A stretch of 64,000 nt of DNA, from positions 55,676,001 to 55,740,000 of the forward strand of contig OZ024745.1 in assembly GCA_964016885.1 (NCBI GenBank), in the 5' to 3' direction. Source of the stretch: Eledone cirrhosa. Its lineage: Eukaryota. Under the pieces are notes generated by a model, which saw only the letters and a program-made list of their open reading frames with translations, did not search any database and had not been told where the DNA came from. This document shows, piece after piece, positions 62,326 through 64,000 of the stretch; the first letter of the stretch is position 1, and every line of letters starts with the position of its first letter. Both the position numbers and the translations under genes were made by a program.

Positions 62326-63568
62326 ATACTTTGGGAGGGTCATGTTGCCAATAAGAAACGTACACGCACCAGTTGCTTTCACTTCAATTTATTATATATT
62401 TATAAATTTATAAATTTATAAATTTATGGTTGGTTGGTTGATTCCACAACCAGATAGTTGTTTATATATAGTCATAGTTCTTTCGTCACACACTCTGTGC
62501 CCTCTTCAGTGACTGGGGATTCCTTTCTTTGTTTCTGTGCCTCTCCTTTGTTCTGTCCAACGCCATTTTGTTTCTGTGTGTATGTTGTGTGCTCAGTCTG
62601 CGCATGCGCCACATCCGCGTGTCTGTGTGTGTTTATGTTCATTTATTTATTTGTTTATTTACATGTTACTGGTTGGTTGTTTGTTCTATGTGTGTGTGTG
62701 TTTTCATTTTGTCCTTAATTGTAAGTTCTGATGTTGCTGTTCCACTCATATTTTCTATTTAATTTTGGTTGTAATTCTTTTATGTTTATTGCCTCTGTAA
62801 TTTGTCTAAACATTGCGTCTTTTCTGTGTGTAGATTCTATTTTTATTTATATGTTTTCTAATTTACCCTTGTGTTCTATTTTAGCATGTTGGTAGAGTAC
62901 AGATGATTCTTTATTATCTTGAAGGTCTCATCTGTACTCTACCAACATGCTAAAATAGAACACAAGGGTAAATTAGAGAACATAGAAATAAAAATAGAAT
63001 CTACACACAGAAAAGACGCAATGTTTAGACAAATTACAGAGGCAATAAACATAAAAGAATTACAACCAAAATTAAATAGAAAATATGACTGGAACAGCAA
63101 CATCACAACTTACAATTAAGGACAAAATGAAAACACACACACACATAGAACAAACAACCAACCAGTAACATGTAAATAAACAAATAAATAAATGAACATA
63201 AACACACGCAGGCACCCGGATGTGGCGCATGCGCAGACTGAGCACACAACACACACACAGAAACAAAATGGCGTAGGACAGAACAAAGGAGAGGCACAGA
63301 AACAAAGAAAGGAATCCCCAGTCACTGAAGAGGTCACATAGTGTGTGACGAAAGAACTATGACTATATATAAACAACTATCTGGTTGTGGAACCAACCAA
63401 CCAACCAGAAATTTATAAATTTATGAATTTATAAATATATAATAAATTGAAGTGAAAGCAACTGGTGCGTGTGTTTCTTATTTGCAACATGACCCTCCCA
63501 AAGTATAACAATATCGGTTTCAACACACGATTTCAGATAAAGAATCTTGCTAAACAAATTTAGAAACG

Positions 63569-63570
<2 letters not shown>
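62320..63570. mobile_element. Fold-back insertion of PLE family A 3' end (~590-bp arms)
   Basis: 62320-62908 is the reverse complement of 62929-63512; encodes the GIY-YIG C-terminus; HHRs at 62470-62514 (minus) and 63320-63364 (plus). Confidence 0.92.
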
Positions 63571-63654
<84 letters not shown>

Positions 63655-63655
<1 letters not shown>

Positions 63656-64000
63656 AGAGACGTAAAATAAGAAAATTATAAAATTAACTTACTTACTAAA
63701 AAATCACTTCCAACTAATTAGTTTCTGGAATGGAGTAAATATATTTTCCGAAGAAACATATGGAAAATCATTCCGTCATCAGGAAAGTCTTTTTCCGTAT
63801 AGGTCTCCAGGCATAGCGAGGACACTGGAAACTTATTAAAAAAATAATTCAGTGGAATGGAAATAGCGATGCGTGGACTGGATTCCAAGCCATTGAGAAA
63901 ATCACTGCCTCTACGTCTGTGGCAAATTCAAAACTAGATATAAATTCCTTATAATTATCTCCAATTCATTTGTCGAGCAATATTTGGCCATGACTGCTAC
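63655..64000 (-). mobile_element. Diverged relative of the 540-bp HHR repeat
   Basis: AGACGTAAAATAAGAAAA..ACTTACTTACTAAAA..CCAACTAATTAGTTTCTG shared with 15428; minus-strand HHR motif at 63707-63787. Confidence 0.8.

Overview
AT-rich eukaryotic DNA almost entirely made of repeats. The tRNA-derived SINE types and huge (TA)n tracts suggest an octopus-like cephalopod; this is inference. No host gene can be called with confidence, and most long ORFs in the track are translations of (TA)n. Real coding remnants are retroelements: four Penelope-like elements (PLEs, RT plus GIY-YIG) from about three lineages, a CR1/L2-group LINE, Dong/R4-type REL LINEs in (TAA)n, and Tx1 and RTE fragments. There is also a non-autonomous Helitron-like element. 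The dominant structure is about ten fold-back (palindromic) insertions of unrelated families, mostly sitting in (TA)n. They have 3' ends pointing outward and one arm longer, and most carry a minimal type I hammerhead ribozyme (HHR) motif near the 3' end. About ten HHR sequence families are visible by eye. They include U3-A8 core variants, two retrozyme-like tandem units (~320 and ~540 bp), nested kb-scale inverted repeats, and head-to-head chimeras of different elements. All motifs and alignments were read by eye, so boundaries are approximate.
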